Source: a virus
Taxonomy: Duplodnaviria; Caudoviricetes
Virus record (IMG/VR): IMGVR_UViG_3300032324_000072
Coordinates: 1 to 26,555 of that record
Strand: one strand, 5' to 3'
Length of the DNA: 26,555 nucleotides
A program made the translations under genes and the position numbers. Below are positions 8,501 through 17,057 of the stretch, in pieces; within the stretch, counting starts at the first letter, position 1; each line of letters opens with the position of its first letter. The notes under the pieces are model-generated. The model did not search any database, was not told where the DNA came from, and saw nothing but the letters and a program-made list of their open reading frames with translations.

Positions 8501-11500
8501 AGCTGGATATGAGTCGGCGCTTAATATGCTGCAATCCAATGGTACTTATGTATCTGGCTTAGATGTAATTAACCTAAACAAGCAGCAAGGTGGTGCAAGT
8601 AACTACACTTTTATACACGAAGTAGTGCACGCTACTACCGTTTACTCGCTAAATGAAGCCAACTTTGACAGTTTAGATAAGGGTCAACAGGCCGCAGTTA
8701 AACAGCTAAAAGAGCTATACGAGTTTGCTAAGCGCACAGGTCTAAATGAGTACGGCTTTAGGAACGTAGAAGAGTTTGTTGCTGAAGCTTTTTCTAACGA
8801 AACGTTCCAAGATATACTTAAGCAGATTCCGTACAAAGCTGGCCAAGACCAATTCCGTACAGAAAAGCTATCCCCACTAGACTATAAAAAACAACGTGAG
8901 TTAGATTTACGCAAGTCTATGTGGGACAAGTTCACTGAACTAGTTGCTAAACTGTTTAAGATGAATAACGTACTAGGGTATACCCTAGCTAACGCTAACG
9001 TAATTATGAAGGCGCCTCCAGCATTTACAGGGCAAGCTGCGGCGTTTAACTCGCAAAGTAAGCGCTCGGTATTAGCCGGAACTATGCCTACATCTCCTGG
9101 GTTTATAAAATTCTTAGACCGAATATACGAAGGTAAGCCTGGTTGGACAAAAGTCAAAGGCACGATGCCATACATATTAAAAGATATGGGCGATACTTTA
9201 CGTAAACGTGCTTTAGGTGTTTTAACGTTACGTCAGCTTAACGATATTGTTGGTGACAATATCAGCCAGTTTAGAGCATTTATTTCTAAATCAGAGGCAA
9301 TGTTAGATGAAACTAACCGCATTCTTTATTCAGTAAAAGAAGTAAGTGACAAGTGGCGCTTGTATAAAAAGAACAACCCTGAAAAATCGAAGACTTTATC
9401 TAGGTTAATGATTGATGCTACACGCATGAGTATAGACCCTAACAATACTACTGGCACTGTTTTAGACAAAGCGTGGAAAGATATTGGTCCAGAAGGTCAA
9501 GCTATTTTTAACGAAGTGCGTCAGTTCTATAAGAAGCAATTAGATGCCTATATTGAGTCTGTAATCGAAGCTAAAAAATCTGCATACAGAACTACTTTAA
9601 ATGAAGATAGCCCTGAATATAAAGCAGAAAGTGCAGAAATTGAAAAGCAACCTGACGTAGTAAACCTACGTAACTATTTCAAACGCCACACAATGCCGGT
9701 TTATTTCCCTCTTCGCCGTTTTGGTGACTACTCGTTACAAGTATTTAAAGGCGATAAAAAAGAATTCTATTTGTTTGAAAGTGCTGCGCAACGTAACGCA
9801 GTTACTAGATACATGATTGAAAAGCGTGGTGTTGCTAAAGGTGACATATTTGAAGGTAATTCAAGAGTAGAAACGTCAGGTAAATTGCAGGACTTTGCGT
9901 TTTATAAAGAGCTACAAGACCTTGTAGATGCCGGCACGGGGCATTCAAACGCTGAGTTAAAGCAGAACATTAAAGACAAAGTAGAGCAGTTGTACTTTAT
10001 GATGCTTCCTGACCAAAGCGTACGTAAAGCGTTTATGAACCGTAAAGACGTTCCAGGTATGGATGAAGATATGCTTCGTGCTTTTGAGTCGTCTGCCACA
10101 CATATTGCTTATCAACACTCAAGATTTAAATACGCGCCAGTACTACACAATTTAATTGACTCGGCTGATAAAGACGTTAAAGACAAAGGCTTAGAAGGCA
10201 CTGCTGAACGAGACTACGTTAACGAGTTAAGAGAGCGGTTAAAAATATTTATGAATCCGCCTGAAGCTAACGGGCTTACAAGAGGGGCAACAAACCTTTC
10301 TTTCTTATGGTATATGTCAGCCCCTGCTTCAGCGCTTGTTAACATGTTAGGCGTACCAGCTATTGGTTTACCTGTATTGGCAGCTAGATATAACTGGGGG
10401 GCTTCTAGTGCAAAAGTAGCCGAGTACATTAAGAAGTTTTCAAGCACTGGGTTTAGAGACCAGTTAGGTCGACGCGCGTTTCCTTCTTTGAGTAATAAGC
10501 CAGAAGTTCTTAACGATTTACAGCGACGTGCTTTTGACCAACTTGTAAGAGAAGGTTTGTTTGACATGACGCTTACACACGACATCTTAGACAAAGCCAA
10601 CCGTGCTTCTAGCGCCGAAGATGGTATTTTAGATAAAGTATCAGACATTGTTGGTACACCATTCCACGCAGCTGAGAAGTTTAACCGTGAAGTACTTGGT
10701 ATGGCTGCGTTTGATTTAGCTTATGCAAAAGCTAAGAAAGATGGGTATAGCGACGCGGCTGCATTTAAAAAAGCAATTAGTGACGCTAAAGAGTTAACGT
10801 ATAGGTCAATGTTTGACTACTCAACGCTAAACAAACCGCGCTATTTCCAAAATCAATACGCCAAAGTTGTTTTGCAATTTAAACAGTTCTCACAGCAAAT
10901 GACTTACTTGTTGGCTAGAAGTGCCTACGAAGGTATATCGCAGCCGTATACCGCAGAAGAACTTGGTGATGTTCGACTAAAAATTAAAGTTGACCATAAC
11001 AAAAACAAACCAGATTTACCCCCACTAACAGACGCTGAGTTAGATGCGGCGGTTGCCGAACACGTTAGACAAATAAAAACAGAAGCAAGAAACCGTTTAG
11101 CTGGTACTTTAGGTATGACGTTTGTGTTTGCTGGAGCTACTGGACTACCCTTGTGGTCAATGTTGTCAATGACCATGAATGCGTTACAAGCTGCATTTGG
11201 TGAAGATGATGAAGAGTGGGACTTTGACAACTGGTTTAAGAACTGGGCTGACAAGACGTTCGGCGGTGTAATAGGTGATTCGTTGTCAAGAGGTGTAGTA
11301 ACTCAAGTTCTTGGTGCCGACTTAAGTAGTCGTATGAGTTTAAATGACTTGTGGTTCCGTGACCAACGTAAGAATGCCGATGAAGTATCTTATGTGCAGA
11401 ACTTAATTATCTCTTTGCTTGGCCCGTCTATGGGTCTAGTTATAAATGGCGCTGAAGCAGTTAAACAACTTAACGACGGGCATATACAGCGTGCTATGGA

Positions 11501-11972
11501 GACAGCATCTCCAGCAGTTATTAAGAATATTATGAAAGGTATGCGCTACGAAGTAGAAGGTCGCGCAGTTAACCTTAAAGGTGACGAGTTAGTAGGCGAC
11601 TTATCAAGCTATGAGTCGCTTGTTCAAGGCATTGGATTTAGCCCAGAACGCGTTGCACAGCGTCAAAAGTCTAATATTGAGACAAAAGCTATGGAGCAAA
11701 AGATGCTTAACCGTAGAAAAGACTTATTAAACGCGTTCTTTATGGCGGTTGACAACGACGATGACGACCTAATGGACCGTGTAGAAGACAAGATTGAAAA
11801 GTACAATAACACTAAAGGTGCGCTACCTATTACTTCTAAGTTACTACAAAAATCAATTAAATCTAGATATATTAAACGTGCGCTTGCTGAATCTACTGGC
11901 GGTATAGCTATTAATAAGAAACTTATTGCTGACTTGGAGGATATGCAAGCCTACGGCAACCCTTACGAGTAA
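5547..11972 (+). CDS. Large polyvalent internal virion protein with zincin-like metallopeptidase motif and PLxRFG motif
   Basis: 2141 aa; TAAGGA RBS; HEVVH (8616-8630) followed by EEFVAE (8769-8786); YFPLRRFGDY (PLRRFG at 9708-9725); helical C-terminal region; last gene of the virion block. Confidence 0.75.
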   Translation: MAYSIRLPDGTLVENIPDDMDPAVAKQKILSAYPDIGKQVAPEKPADNRRPEDVGFFEGLGAATKKGFEGLGDIASGLGLAGTSVLGSREDTAKKMEAIKADQAEQAKGTPTLTAADIQRIAEERGLVKAGTQVPAYIAEQILQSAPQMAIPLAVGAGAAALSGPLAPIVGPVAGIAAYGVQQFGNFLVRQALAKDDPEELDLAKAALTAGGTAPIGYFADRFTVGLSSIGTKKAMSEVYAELGKRGVAGEVGKRAAKGAGIGIIAEAPTEVLEQVAERYQAGLPIGIDDEEAKNEYIEAFFGAAAAGGGIGAGAKTIGGYREYRQAIKAEDALGKVRSEKNALDEAGEEDAGVDTGINKQGVPISDQQELDIAAGVRDAGPGDLEGNQLPPSPIGEREIAINNQLKKLDEKIYEAKTYARQMAEVNKDDPRIAEAYDAVAQLEQQKAQIKAATPEQAAPPIQTFNAPGPEQTGFEFGAADETTQRAIDTEMTETPGFALAQETGAAALPKTDVTPIEEVVEEPKAKMMLIGEGANPLAPLKSFLNSLKTATNAPQQVRDYNAEIKNMVEDISEFIGETTKQVARYRAKDSKGNYIEPPPVPPTGPDVAAPTPGVQRNQRLNFLDNFFNGLSNAPAGQENLTGTLSQRLAGMNLNDQMQVLGQLTKVPNINTVRGVRDLRAKLGEAMAKFEGEKIGEPVEKAAVYKGDETQSTAVKRAITILKNIPAKLRTSQENAAMTYFERWGFAMAMRSAAFDIGSKPNDLIEGPIFKGQNKNQAELFQEWVKENLPDEYNKFENTVNEFKEMTARAEKLEADAERVAKGRGVVARVTQPTGKVSKGDGFEPKAGISRVLEKMGPTPVSKLEAKRFYPMHPAMQQAIAEGNLDVALAILERSGSKFYSGLARRLRSLGLQTAIVFDQQNVLAEQILTTNYKGQLDTVFAFVQATDTALFNEYFSNPSDYAKVKAGLDKITDKSIEGQVEQLKAGYESALNMLQSNGTYVSGLDVINLNKQQGGASNYTFIHEVVHATTVYSLNEANFDSLDKGQQAAVKQLKELYEFAKRTGLNEYGFRNVEEFVAEAFSNETFQDILKQIPYKAGQDQFRTEKLSPLDYKKQRELDLRKSMWDKFTELVAKLFKMNNVLGYTLANANVIMKAPPAFTGQAAAFNSQSKRSVLAGTMPTSPGFIKFLDRIYEGKPGWTKVKGTMPYILKDMGDTLRKRALGVLTLRQLNDIVGDNISQFRAFISKSEAMLDETNRILYSVKEVSDKWRLYKKNNPEKSKTLSRLMIDATRMSIDPNNTTGTVLDKAWKDIGPEGQAIFNEVRQFYKKQLDAYIESVIEAKKSAYRTTLNEDSPEYKAESAEIEKQPDVVNLRNYFKRHTMPVYFPLRRFGDYSLQVFKGDKKEFYLFESAAQRNAVTRYMIEKRGVAKGDIFEGNSRVETSGKLQDFAFYKELQDLVDAGTGHSNAELKQNIKDKVEQLYFMMLPDQSVRKAFMNRKDVPGMDEDMLRAFESSATHIAYQHSRFKYAPVLHNLIDSADKDVKDKGLEGTAERDYVNELRERLKIFMNPPEANGLTRGATNLSFLWYMSAPASALVNMLGVPAIGLPVLAARYNWGASSAKVAEYIKKFSSTGFRDQLGRRAFPSLSNKPEVLNDLQRRAFDQLVREGLFDMTLTHDILDKANRASSAEDGILDKVSDIVGTPFHAAEKFNREVLGMAAFDLAYAKAKKDGYSDAAAFKKAISDAKELTYRSMFDYSTLNKPRYFQNQYAKVVLQFKQFSQQMTYLLARSAYEGISQPYTAEELGDVRLKIKVDHNKNKPDLPPLTDAELDAAVAEHVRQIKTEARNRLAGTLGMTFVFAGATGLPLWSMLSMTMNALQAAFGEDDEEWDFDNWFKNWADKTFGGVIGDSLSRGVVTQVLGADLSSRMSLNDLWFRDQRKNADEVSYVQNLIISLLGPSMGLVINGAEAVKQLNDGHIQRAMETASPAVIKNIMKGMRYEVEGRAVNLKGDELVGDLSSYESLVQGIGFSPERVAQRQKSNIETKAMEQKMLNRRKDLLNAFFMAVDNDDDDLMDRVEDKIEKYNNTKGALPITSKLLQKSIKSRYIKRALAESTGGIAINKKLIADLEDMQAYGNPYE

Positions 11973-12000
11973 AAAAGACCCCGGGTATTTCACCGGGGTT
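11971..12000 (-). terminator. Intrinsic terminator for minus-strand transcription, possibly weakly bidirectional
   Basis: Minus strand reads ACCCCGG-TGAAATAC-CCGGGGT-CTTTTTT; sits where the two gene arms converge. Confidence 0.8.
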
Positions 12001-12059
12001 AAACACTCTCACTAAGGAAAAACTTCATGAACAAACCTGAAGAGGTACGAGGAGTACCT
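11971..12059 (-). ncRNA. Putative ~89-nt antisense small RNA (or structured 3' UTR)
   Basis: Hairpins AGGUAC-UCCUC-GUACCU and CUUCA-GGUUUGUUCA-UGAAG, then UUUUUCCUUAG, then the terminator; 12014-12038 is complementary to the mRNA at 17027-17001. Confidence 0.5.
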
Positions 12060-12065
12060 GGGTGA

Positions 12066-12095
12066 ATAATACTACTTTATCCGCCAAACACGCAA
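12066..12095 (-). promoter_or_regulatory. Candidate sigma70 promoter for the small RNA
   Basis: TTGCGT (12095-12090)-N18-TATTAT (12071-12066); an A 7 nt downstream (12059) is the first base of hairpin 1; the -35 is weak. Confidence 0.4.
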
Positions 12096-12269
12096 CCCCA
12101 TAATGCCTTTTTCTATTACAACACGGGATACTATCTTATAGCGTAGCCTGTTTGTGGTCCGTTTAACCTGAATTAAGGCGTCGTCGGTATCCAAGCACGG
12201 GATAAAAAACGACGCCCCAATCACAAAGTTCTTCCAATTAACTCTGAAGTTCAGCCGATGTATCAGCAT
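12072..12269 (-). CDS. Small basic hypothetical protein, possibly DNA-binding
   Basis: Likely start at ATG 12269 (MLIHRLNFRVNWKNFVIGASFFIPC...GLRVWRIK, 65 aa), overlapping the primase end; W..F.IGxSFF.P...GLRVWR pattern recurs in phages. Confidence 0.65.
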   Translation of the reverse strand: MLIHRLNFRVNWKNFVIGASFFIPCLDTDDALIQVKRTTNRLRYKIVSRVVIEKGIMGLRVWRIK

Positions 12270-15072
12270 CTTGCTTAGCGGCTTGGATATAGTCTTCAGC
12301 ATTAATAAAGTCATTATTATCAATACTAAACATATAAGCATGAACTGCAGGGGTCTGAATATCAGTGCCTTTTGACATACGTTTTTTAACCTGTCCTTTG
12401 TATATACCGTCGGCTTCTAAACCTTTAAGGGTATCTTTTAACGTAATCTGTTGCTTAACGCAATATGCCTTTAAATGCTTAGAGTTAATCCACAATAACT
12501 TAGTGTCAGGCTCAATACGGATTAATAGCTCACCATATTTGACATCTAAAATAGGTATAGAGTTTAAGCCTGTACGTGCATCGGCTTCGCCATTGATAAC
12601 TAAAGTAGACTTACGGTGGTCGTTCATAAACTCGCCAATTACGCTAGATTGAGTCTGTGCCGGAGCTTTAATCTCAGTTCTCATAACTTTAAGTTCCTTG
12701 ATAATCCAGTCATAAACACGCTTGACGTCAAAGTCAATGATGCCTAAGTCCTTAGCAATCAAAGCACCAGCAATGTTGCAAGCTACTGTGCCAGACCAGA
12801 AGCGCTCACGGCTAGTAAACCCAACCGCCTTGTCAATCTTTTGCTGCACCTGCATAACCAAGCTAACTGCATCCTCTAGGTTTCCTACAAGGTACTCGGC
12901 GTATTGCACGCCTGCATGTCCATAGTGAGAATAGACTGGGTTAAATATGGCATCAGCTTCTTCTTTAGAAAGGATGTCTGTAACCTCAATACGATACTCA
13001 ATTAAGCGCATAAACTCGCCATCAGGGGTAGACTTAAGCGAAGATAGCTTATCGTAAAATGAAGCGTTAGAAGAGCATAGAGCAATCGTAGCCCACTTAG
13101 TGGCATTGTGGCGCTCTTCGTTAGAATGTTGCATCATGCGGTTCTTACCACGACCCTGAGAGATGCTGTAAACCAAATCAGAGAAGTGGTCTCCTGACAT
13201 TTTAGTAATCTCGTCAATCGTAACAGGCAGGTTATTCATCACGCCGAGCCGATGAATCATGGCGTTTTGCGTATCTTTCCACTGCAACATTAGCTCTTCA
13301 GGATGCCCCCATACGCTATTGCATAGCTTAAGAATAGTAGACTTACCTGTACCTGACGTATTATTAATTAAGTTGATGATGGCGCCTTTGAGGTTTAAGT
13401 GCTTTAGCAATGGTGCACCAAACGCAGTAAAGAAACCGAACGCATGTGGCTCAAACTGTGGTTGGTCATAGGTTTTAACTATTGATTTCCATTCGTCATA
13501 GTCACCACAAGGAGCCAAAAAATTAGCCAAACTGCCAGTGGTGCTAGAAGGTGGGCTATAAGTAGTTCCATCTGCGCCAATTTCTTTTTCACCCAAAATA
13601 AATTCATTGTTACCTTCCGTCCATCCAAATTGTGTTCTCATAATTTCCACCTGTGATTTATGTTGTAGCTCTTTTACAAAAGCAATTAAGTAATTCATGA
13701 TGGCGTCCATCTGCTTTTTGGCAGCGACAACACCATGCCATGCAAGCTTGTCTCTTAGCTTGTCAAATGTAAGCGCATCTGTTTGTGGCATAGAGAACTC
13801 ACGTACTCCGTCCTTCGGTAGATGCAACCGAATCCATACAGCATCACCCTTGATTGGGTCTTTTAAACGTTTGACCACATACAAGTCGTGCTCATAAATA
13901 TTTACTACTTTTTCTTCGTCTTCATCGTCATCACCCTTGACTTTAAGCGACGCATAGATACCCCCAGTCTTCCCCCTGAAATAAGGGAACGGGAGTTCAG
14001 GAACAAGGTATTTCTCCTGCTTACCCTCGGACGTTTCTTCAACAATCGGAGCATCCGGTTCCGCAGCGACAATCTCATTGCCAAGTAATATCGGTGACGA
14101 TACCTTCCCCTTATTTGGGCAAGCACTACAACCATCCGGGTTAAGTTTGGCGAAGGTCTCACAGGTATACGGACCTTTGGTCTGATTCGCCTTTCTCTCC
14201 GTTTCGTCAGGTGAATACGATGGATGTGCACTAGAAATTTTATGGATGGCTTCATCTTTATCTACGCAGTGCCATGCTATTGACAGGCCTGCTCTCCAAA
14301 GTGGTTCTTCAATTGTGTCTTGATTAAGCGCAATATGCTCTAGCTGTGCGCAGCCCTTACCATCAATTGTTTTCATCATGATGGTTTTAAACCGACTTTG
14401 ACGGTTGCCCATCAATGCTTTAGTAACTTCGCTCAAGCCCCTAGGAATGTAGTCAGGCGCAACTAATACACCAAGTAACTGGCGTAGGTGGTCGTACTCT
14501 GACTCCGGCTCAATCCTCAGTAACTCTACTGGGAAAGGTGGGTCACTCTTAAAATTCCATGTTTCAGGCACTCGTAGGATAGACGCACTCTCTGCCGTAC
14601 GGCTAGGGTCTGCATGAAACTCGTGGTCAACGCATAAGGCTTTTAGTCTGTCGGCAACTGCTTTCCATTCAGCACGGTTAATAGTACTGTTTAATCTCCA
14701 GTAAGCGTGTACACCTCGACCAGAGTTAACGACTGATGGTAATGGCCAATGAATTGTTGCACAAAACTCTTTAAGTGCTACTAATCCTTCTGCTCTGTCG
14801 GCGTAAGGTTTGCCAACACCACAATCAATGTCTATCCAAAAAGACTTAAAGTAAGTGCTGTTCTTTTGTGTACGTCCGTCAGTATCATTTTCATACTTAG
14901 CACAAGCAAAGTAAACGTCATACTGCTTGTTAACCAAATCATCAATAGTATCCTGCGCTTCTAGCAATGTCTGCACGAAGACTTGTCTTGGGTGTCCCTC
15001 TTGCTTTAAACCGACAATGCAGTACCACCCTTCCGGAGGTAGCACTGCTGTCAGTAAATCTGTTGTAGCCAT
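12238..15072 (-). CDS. AEP-type primase fused to DUF927-type P-loop helicase
   Basis: AEP motifs WIDID and SGRGVHAYW; Cys cluster; QFGW; Walker A SGTGKST, Walker B VTIDE; SQGRGKNR; start set to ATG 15072 after GAGG. Confidence 0.85.
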   Translation of the reverse strand: MATTDLLTAVLPPEGWYCIVGLKQEGHPRQVFVQTLLEAQDTIDDLVNKQYDVYFACAKYENDTDGRTQKNSTYFKSFWIDIDCGVGKPYADRAEGLVALKEFCATIHWPLPSVVNSGRGVHAYWRLNSTINRAEWKAVADRLKALCVDHEFHADPSRTAESASILRVPETWNFKSDPPFPVELLRIEPESEYDHLRQLLGVLVAPDYIPRGLSEVTKALMGNRQSRFKTIMMKTIDGKGCAQLEHIALNQDTIEEPLWRAGLSIAWHCVDKDEAIHKISSAHPSYSPDETERKANQTKGPYTCETFAKLNPDGCSACPNKGKVSSPILLGNEIVAAEPDAPIVEETSEGKQEKYLVPELPFPYFRGKTGGIYASLKVKGDDDEDEEKVVNIYEHDLYVVKRLKDPIKGDAVWIRLHLPKDGVREFSMPQTDALTFDKLRDKLAWHGVVAAKKQMDAIMNYLIAFVKELQHKSQVEIMRTQFGWTEGNNEFILGEKEIGADGTTYSPPSSTTGSLANFLAPCGDYDEWKSIVKTYDQPQFEPHAFGFFTAFGAPLLKHLNLKGAIINLINNTSGTGKSTILKLCNSVWGHPEELMLQWKDTQNAMIHRLGVMNNLPVTIDEITKMSGDHFSDLVYSISQGRGKNRMMQHSNEERHNATKWATIALCSSNASFYDKLSSLKSTPDGEFMRLIEYRIEVTDILSKEEADAIFNPVYSHYGHAGVQYAEYLVGNLEDAVSLVMQVQQKIDKAVGFTSRERFWSGTVACNIAGALIAKDLGIIDFDVKRVYDWIIKELKVMRTEIKAPAQTQSSVIGEFMNDHRKSTLVINGEADARTGLNSIPILDVKYGELLIRIEPDTKLLWINSKHLKAYCVKQQITLKDTLKGLEADGIYKGQVKKRMSKGTDIQTPAVHAYMFSIDNNDFINAEDYIQAAKQDADTSAELQS

Positions 15073-15152
15073 TGTCGCCTCTGTCCGCAATAAAGATGGG
15101 GTAGCACGGGGTGCGGCGAATCCCCTGTTCGTTCCGTCAAACTAGCTACCCC
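15073..15152 (-). promoter_or_regulatory. Structured intergenic leader upstream of the primase
   Basis: Perfect 8-bp outer stem GGGGUAGC/GCUACCCC (15152-15145 with 15105-15098) enclosing AC(A)GGGG-AUUCGCCGCA-CCCCGU. Confidence 0.55.
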
Positions 15153-15158
15153 TGTAAA

Positions 15159-15401
15159 CTAAACGCTAAACCTAGCTTTCTTTAGCATCGCTGCAATCTG
15201 TTCGGCTTTTGCTCGGTGTGGTTCTGAAACTCCAGTAAACCAGGAATACACAGCCATACGAGAAACATCAAACTTTTCTGCAATATCAGCGACTGGTATG
15301 TCCTTAGAGATGCAGTACCTACCAAGCGCCACTCCAATTTTTCTAGAGTCGGCAGCTTGGTTAGCTTGCACCAATCGAAAGCTATAGCCTCTTAAACTCA
15401 T
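15159..15401 (-). CDS. Cro/XRE-like helix-turn-helix regulator
   Basis: 80 aa; VADIAEKFDVSRMAVYSWFTG..EP HTH signature. Confidence 0.8.
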   Translation of the reverse strand: MSLRGYSFRLVQANQAADSRKIGVALGRYCISKDIPVADIAEKFDVSRMAVYSWFTGVSEPHRAKAEQIAAMLKKARFSV

Positions 15402-16276
15402 TCGTCGTCAGTAGACCAACCACTCATTACAGATTTAAGGTCACGCTTGGCAGTCGGCTCAGGCTTCTTGTCTTCACGTTTCTTAGGCTCATCTATTTCT
15501 TCAGCTACAACTTTTTCAACTTTAGGCGCAGCAGCTTTAGGTGCTTCTAGCTTAGGCTTAACTCCGTCAGTCTGCGATACCGTCATTTGAATAGCGTTCT
15601 TAGCGGCAGGTGTCTCGCCTTGGCGTTTTGCTGCTTCCCAATCTTCGCGGGACAAGAATTTTAATGGTTTGAAGAACAATTTAGCTGTGTCGCTAGTCTC
15701 GTCAAAACGCATCTGAGTAACCAACGTGTTTAGGTTATAGCCCTGTGCGCCGACATACTTAGCATACTGCTCAAATGGCATGTGCTCCAAATCGCCTTTA
15801 CCGAAGATAGACTTAGCTGCTAACTGTAACTGATATACATCTCCGTTAACGTCGTGTGCCATAGATACAGCTAAGCGACGGAAGTGGCGACATGCACGGC
15901 TATCACCTTGACCTGAACCTTTAATGTTCTGTGGGCACTCGGCGCAGTTGTGATGCTGCGCTTCTTTAACGGACTTGTCTGGTGCAATACCATCGTTAGA
16001 CCAGCAGTCAGGTGGAGTAGCATCTGCTTTAGGGTTATACGCAGAGCCATAGTATTGACGAGATACTTCTTTAGCGGCATTAACGATAACCACTTCTAAC
16101 TCATCATTTTTGCTTGTCATTACCTCTTCACCGTTTACAACCATGCGGAACTTGCCGCCACGCAAAGAAATACGTTTGCTACCGCCACCACCTGCAAGAG
16201 CTCTAGTAACTTCATCTAGCTGTACCTCTTTAAGGTAGTCGGGTAAGTTATTGTTAAACAATGCTAATTCACTCAT
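15398..16276 (-). CDS. Putative ssDNA-binding/annealing protein with Cys motif
   Basis: AAGGAG RBS; RISLRGGKF, PDCWSNDG, CAECPQN..G...RAC; Lys/Glu/Pro linker and acidic-aromatic tail WSTDDE; replication-operon context. Confidence 0.55.
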   Translation of the reverse strand: MSELALFNNNLPDYLKEVQLDEVTRALAGGGGSKRISLRGGKFRMVVNGEEVMTSKNDELEVVIVNAAKEVSRQYYGSAYNPKADATPPDCWSNDGIAPDKSVKEAQHHNCAECPQNIKGSGQGDSRACRHFRRLAVSMAHDVNGDVYQLQLAAKSIFGKGDLEHMPFEQYAKYVGAQGYNLNTLVTQMRFDETSDTAKLFFKPLKFLSREDWEAAKRQGETPAAKNAIQMTVSQTDGVKPKLEAPKAAAPKVEKVVAEEIDEPKKREDKKPEPTAKRDLKSVMSGWSTDDE

Positions 16277-16617
16277 TTTGCTTCTCCTTTAAGTTCCTTG
16301 ATTTGACGACTCATGTACCACTGTGCTTTCTCTAAATCTTGTATCGTGTCTTGTTTCTTTCCTGCACGGGATGTGTATTTAATCACATTACCCTTTAAGT
16401 ACCCAATAAATTCTTCGGGTGTTAGCTTTGCTTTGATGTAGTCAATAGTCTCAATGCCGCCAATTGTGTAATGCGCTGGGCTATTGACTGGGTCATCAAG
16501 CAGTTTTACTTTAGTACGTTTCGGTTTTGAAGTTGCCAACAGCATTGCTTCTAAAGTGTTCTTCTCAGATTCCTCTAGCATCAATGGCACCTCTTTGATT
16601 GGTTCCCATCCGTTCAT
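16273..16617 (-). CDS. DUF3310 family protein (T7 gp1.7-like)
   Basis: DPVNSPAHY..GGIETID...GNVIKY..RAGKK...DLEKAQWY. Confidence 0.9.
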   Translation of the reverse strand: MNGWEPIKEVPLMLEESEKNTLEAMLLATSKPKRTKVKLLDDPVNSPAHYTIGGIETIDYIKAKLTPEEFIGYLKGNVIKYTSRAGKKQDTIQDLEKAQWYMSRQIKELKGEAK

Positions 16618-17015
16618 GATTTACTTCTCCTTACCATTAGTGTGTATTCACTGTCCACATTTAACCCGGCGGGCAGTAGTTCGGGGTTTTCTTCTAGAAA
16701 TTGTTTTAAGTTGCTCTGATGTATGCGCTTTTCAAGTAAATCTGGCGCATCATGTGACATCATAAATTTATAAAACTCATCCCAGTTATTAGTCCAGTAA
16801 CGGGTGTTAACTGAACGAATTAATGTGCCGTCTTTAGTCTTAAGACTATTAACGCCTTCCTCTTTACATATGTCTAATAATTCACGTTTTATTAAATCTA
16901 AATCTTCTGTAAGCTCTGCTTCCCGTGTTTTCCATGCACGTTCTTCAGTCTCACGTTTAGTGTATATTTTGGTATATATAGAGATGAGTTCTTCTAACGA
17001 AGGTTTATCGTCCAT
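16614..17015 (-). CDS. Phage hypothetical protein with N-terminal coiled coil; first gene of the replication operon
   Basis: 133 aa; AAGGA RBS; SLKTKDGT..WDEFYKF..LLEKRI..PAGL pattern seen next to SSB-like genes in phages. Confidence 0.75.
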   Translation of the reverse strand: MDDKPSLEELISIYTKIYTKRETEERAWKTREAELTEDLDLIKRELLDICKEEGVNSLKTKDGTLIRSVNTRYWTNNWDEFYKFMMSHDAPDLLEKRIHQSNLKQFLEENPELLPAGLNVDSEYTLMVRRSKS

Positions 17016-17057
17016 AAGTTTTTCCTTTAAGTTATCAGGTCTAACGCCTGTTACATC

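Noticed and set aside
4103-11254. Minus-strand ORFs and the alternative-frame ORF at 6451-6765 inside the virion genes
   Set aside because: Shadow ORFs of long genes with no motifs or convincing RBS
12043-12059. GGA in a hairpin loop on the + strand resembling a CsrA/RsmA site
   Set aside because: Only one good copy, and the promoter and U-tract point to the minus strand
12027-12065. Plus-strand mini-ORF MNKPEEVRGVPG with a TAAGGA RBS
   Set aside because: Only 12 codons and downstream of the terminator hairpin; its RBS and ATG are explained as the mirror image of an antisense element. Not fully excluded, and it could be a decayed inverted copy of the 133-aa gene start.
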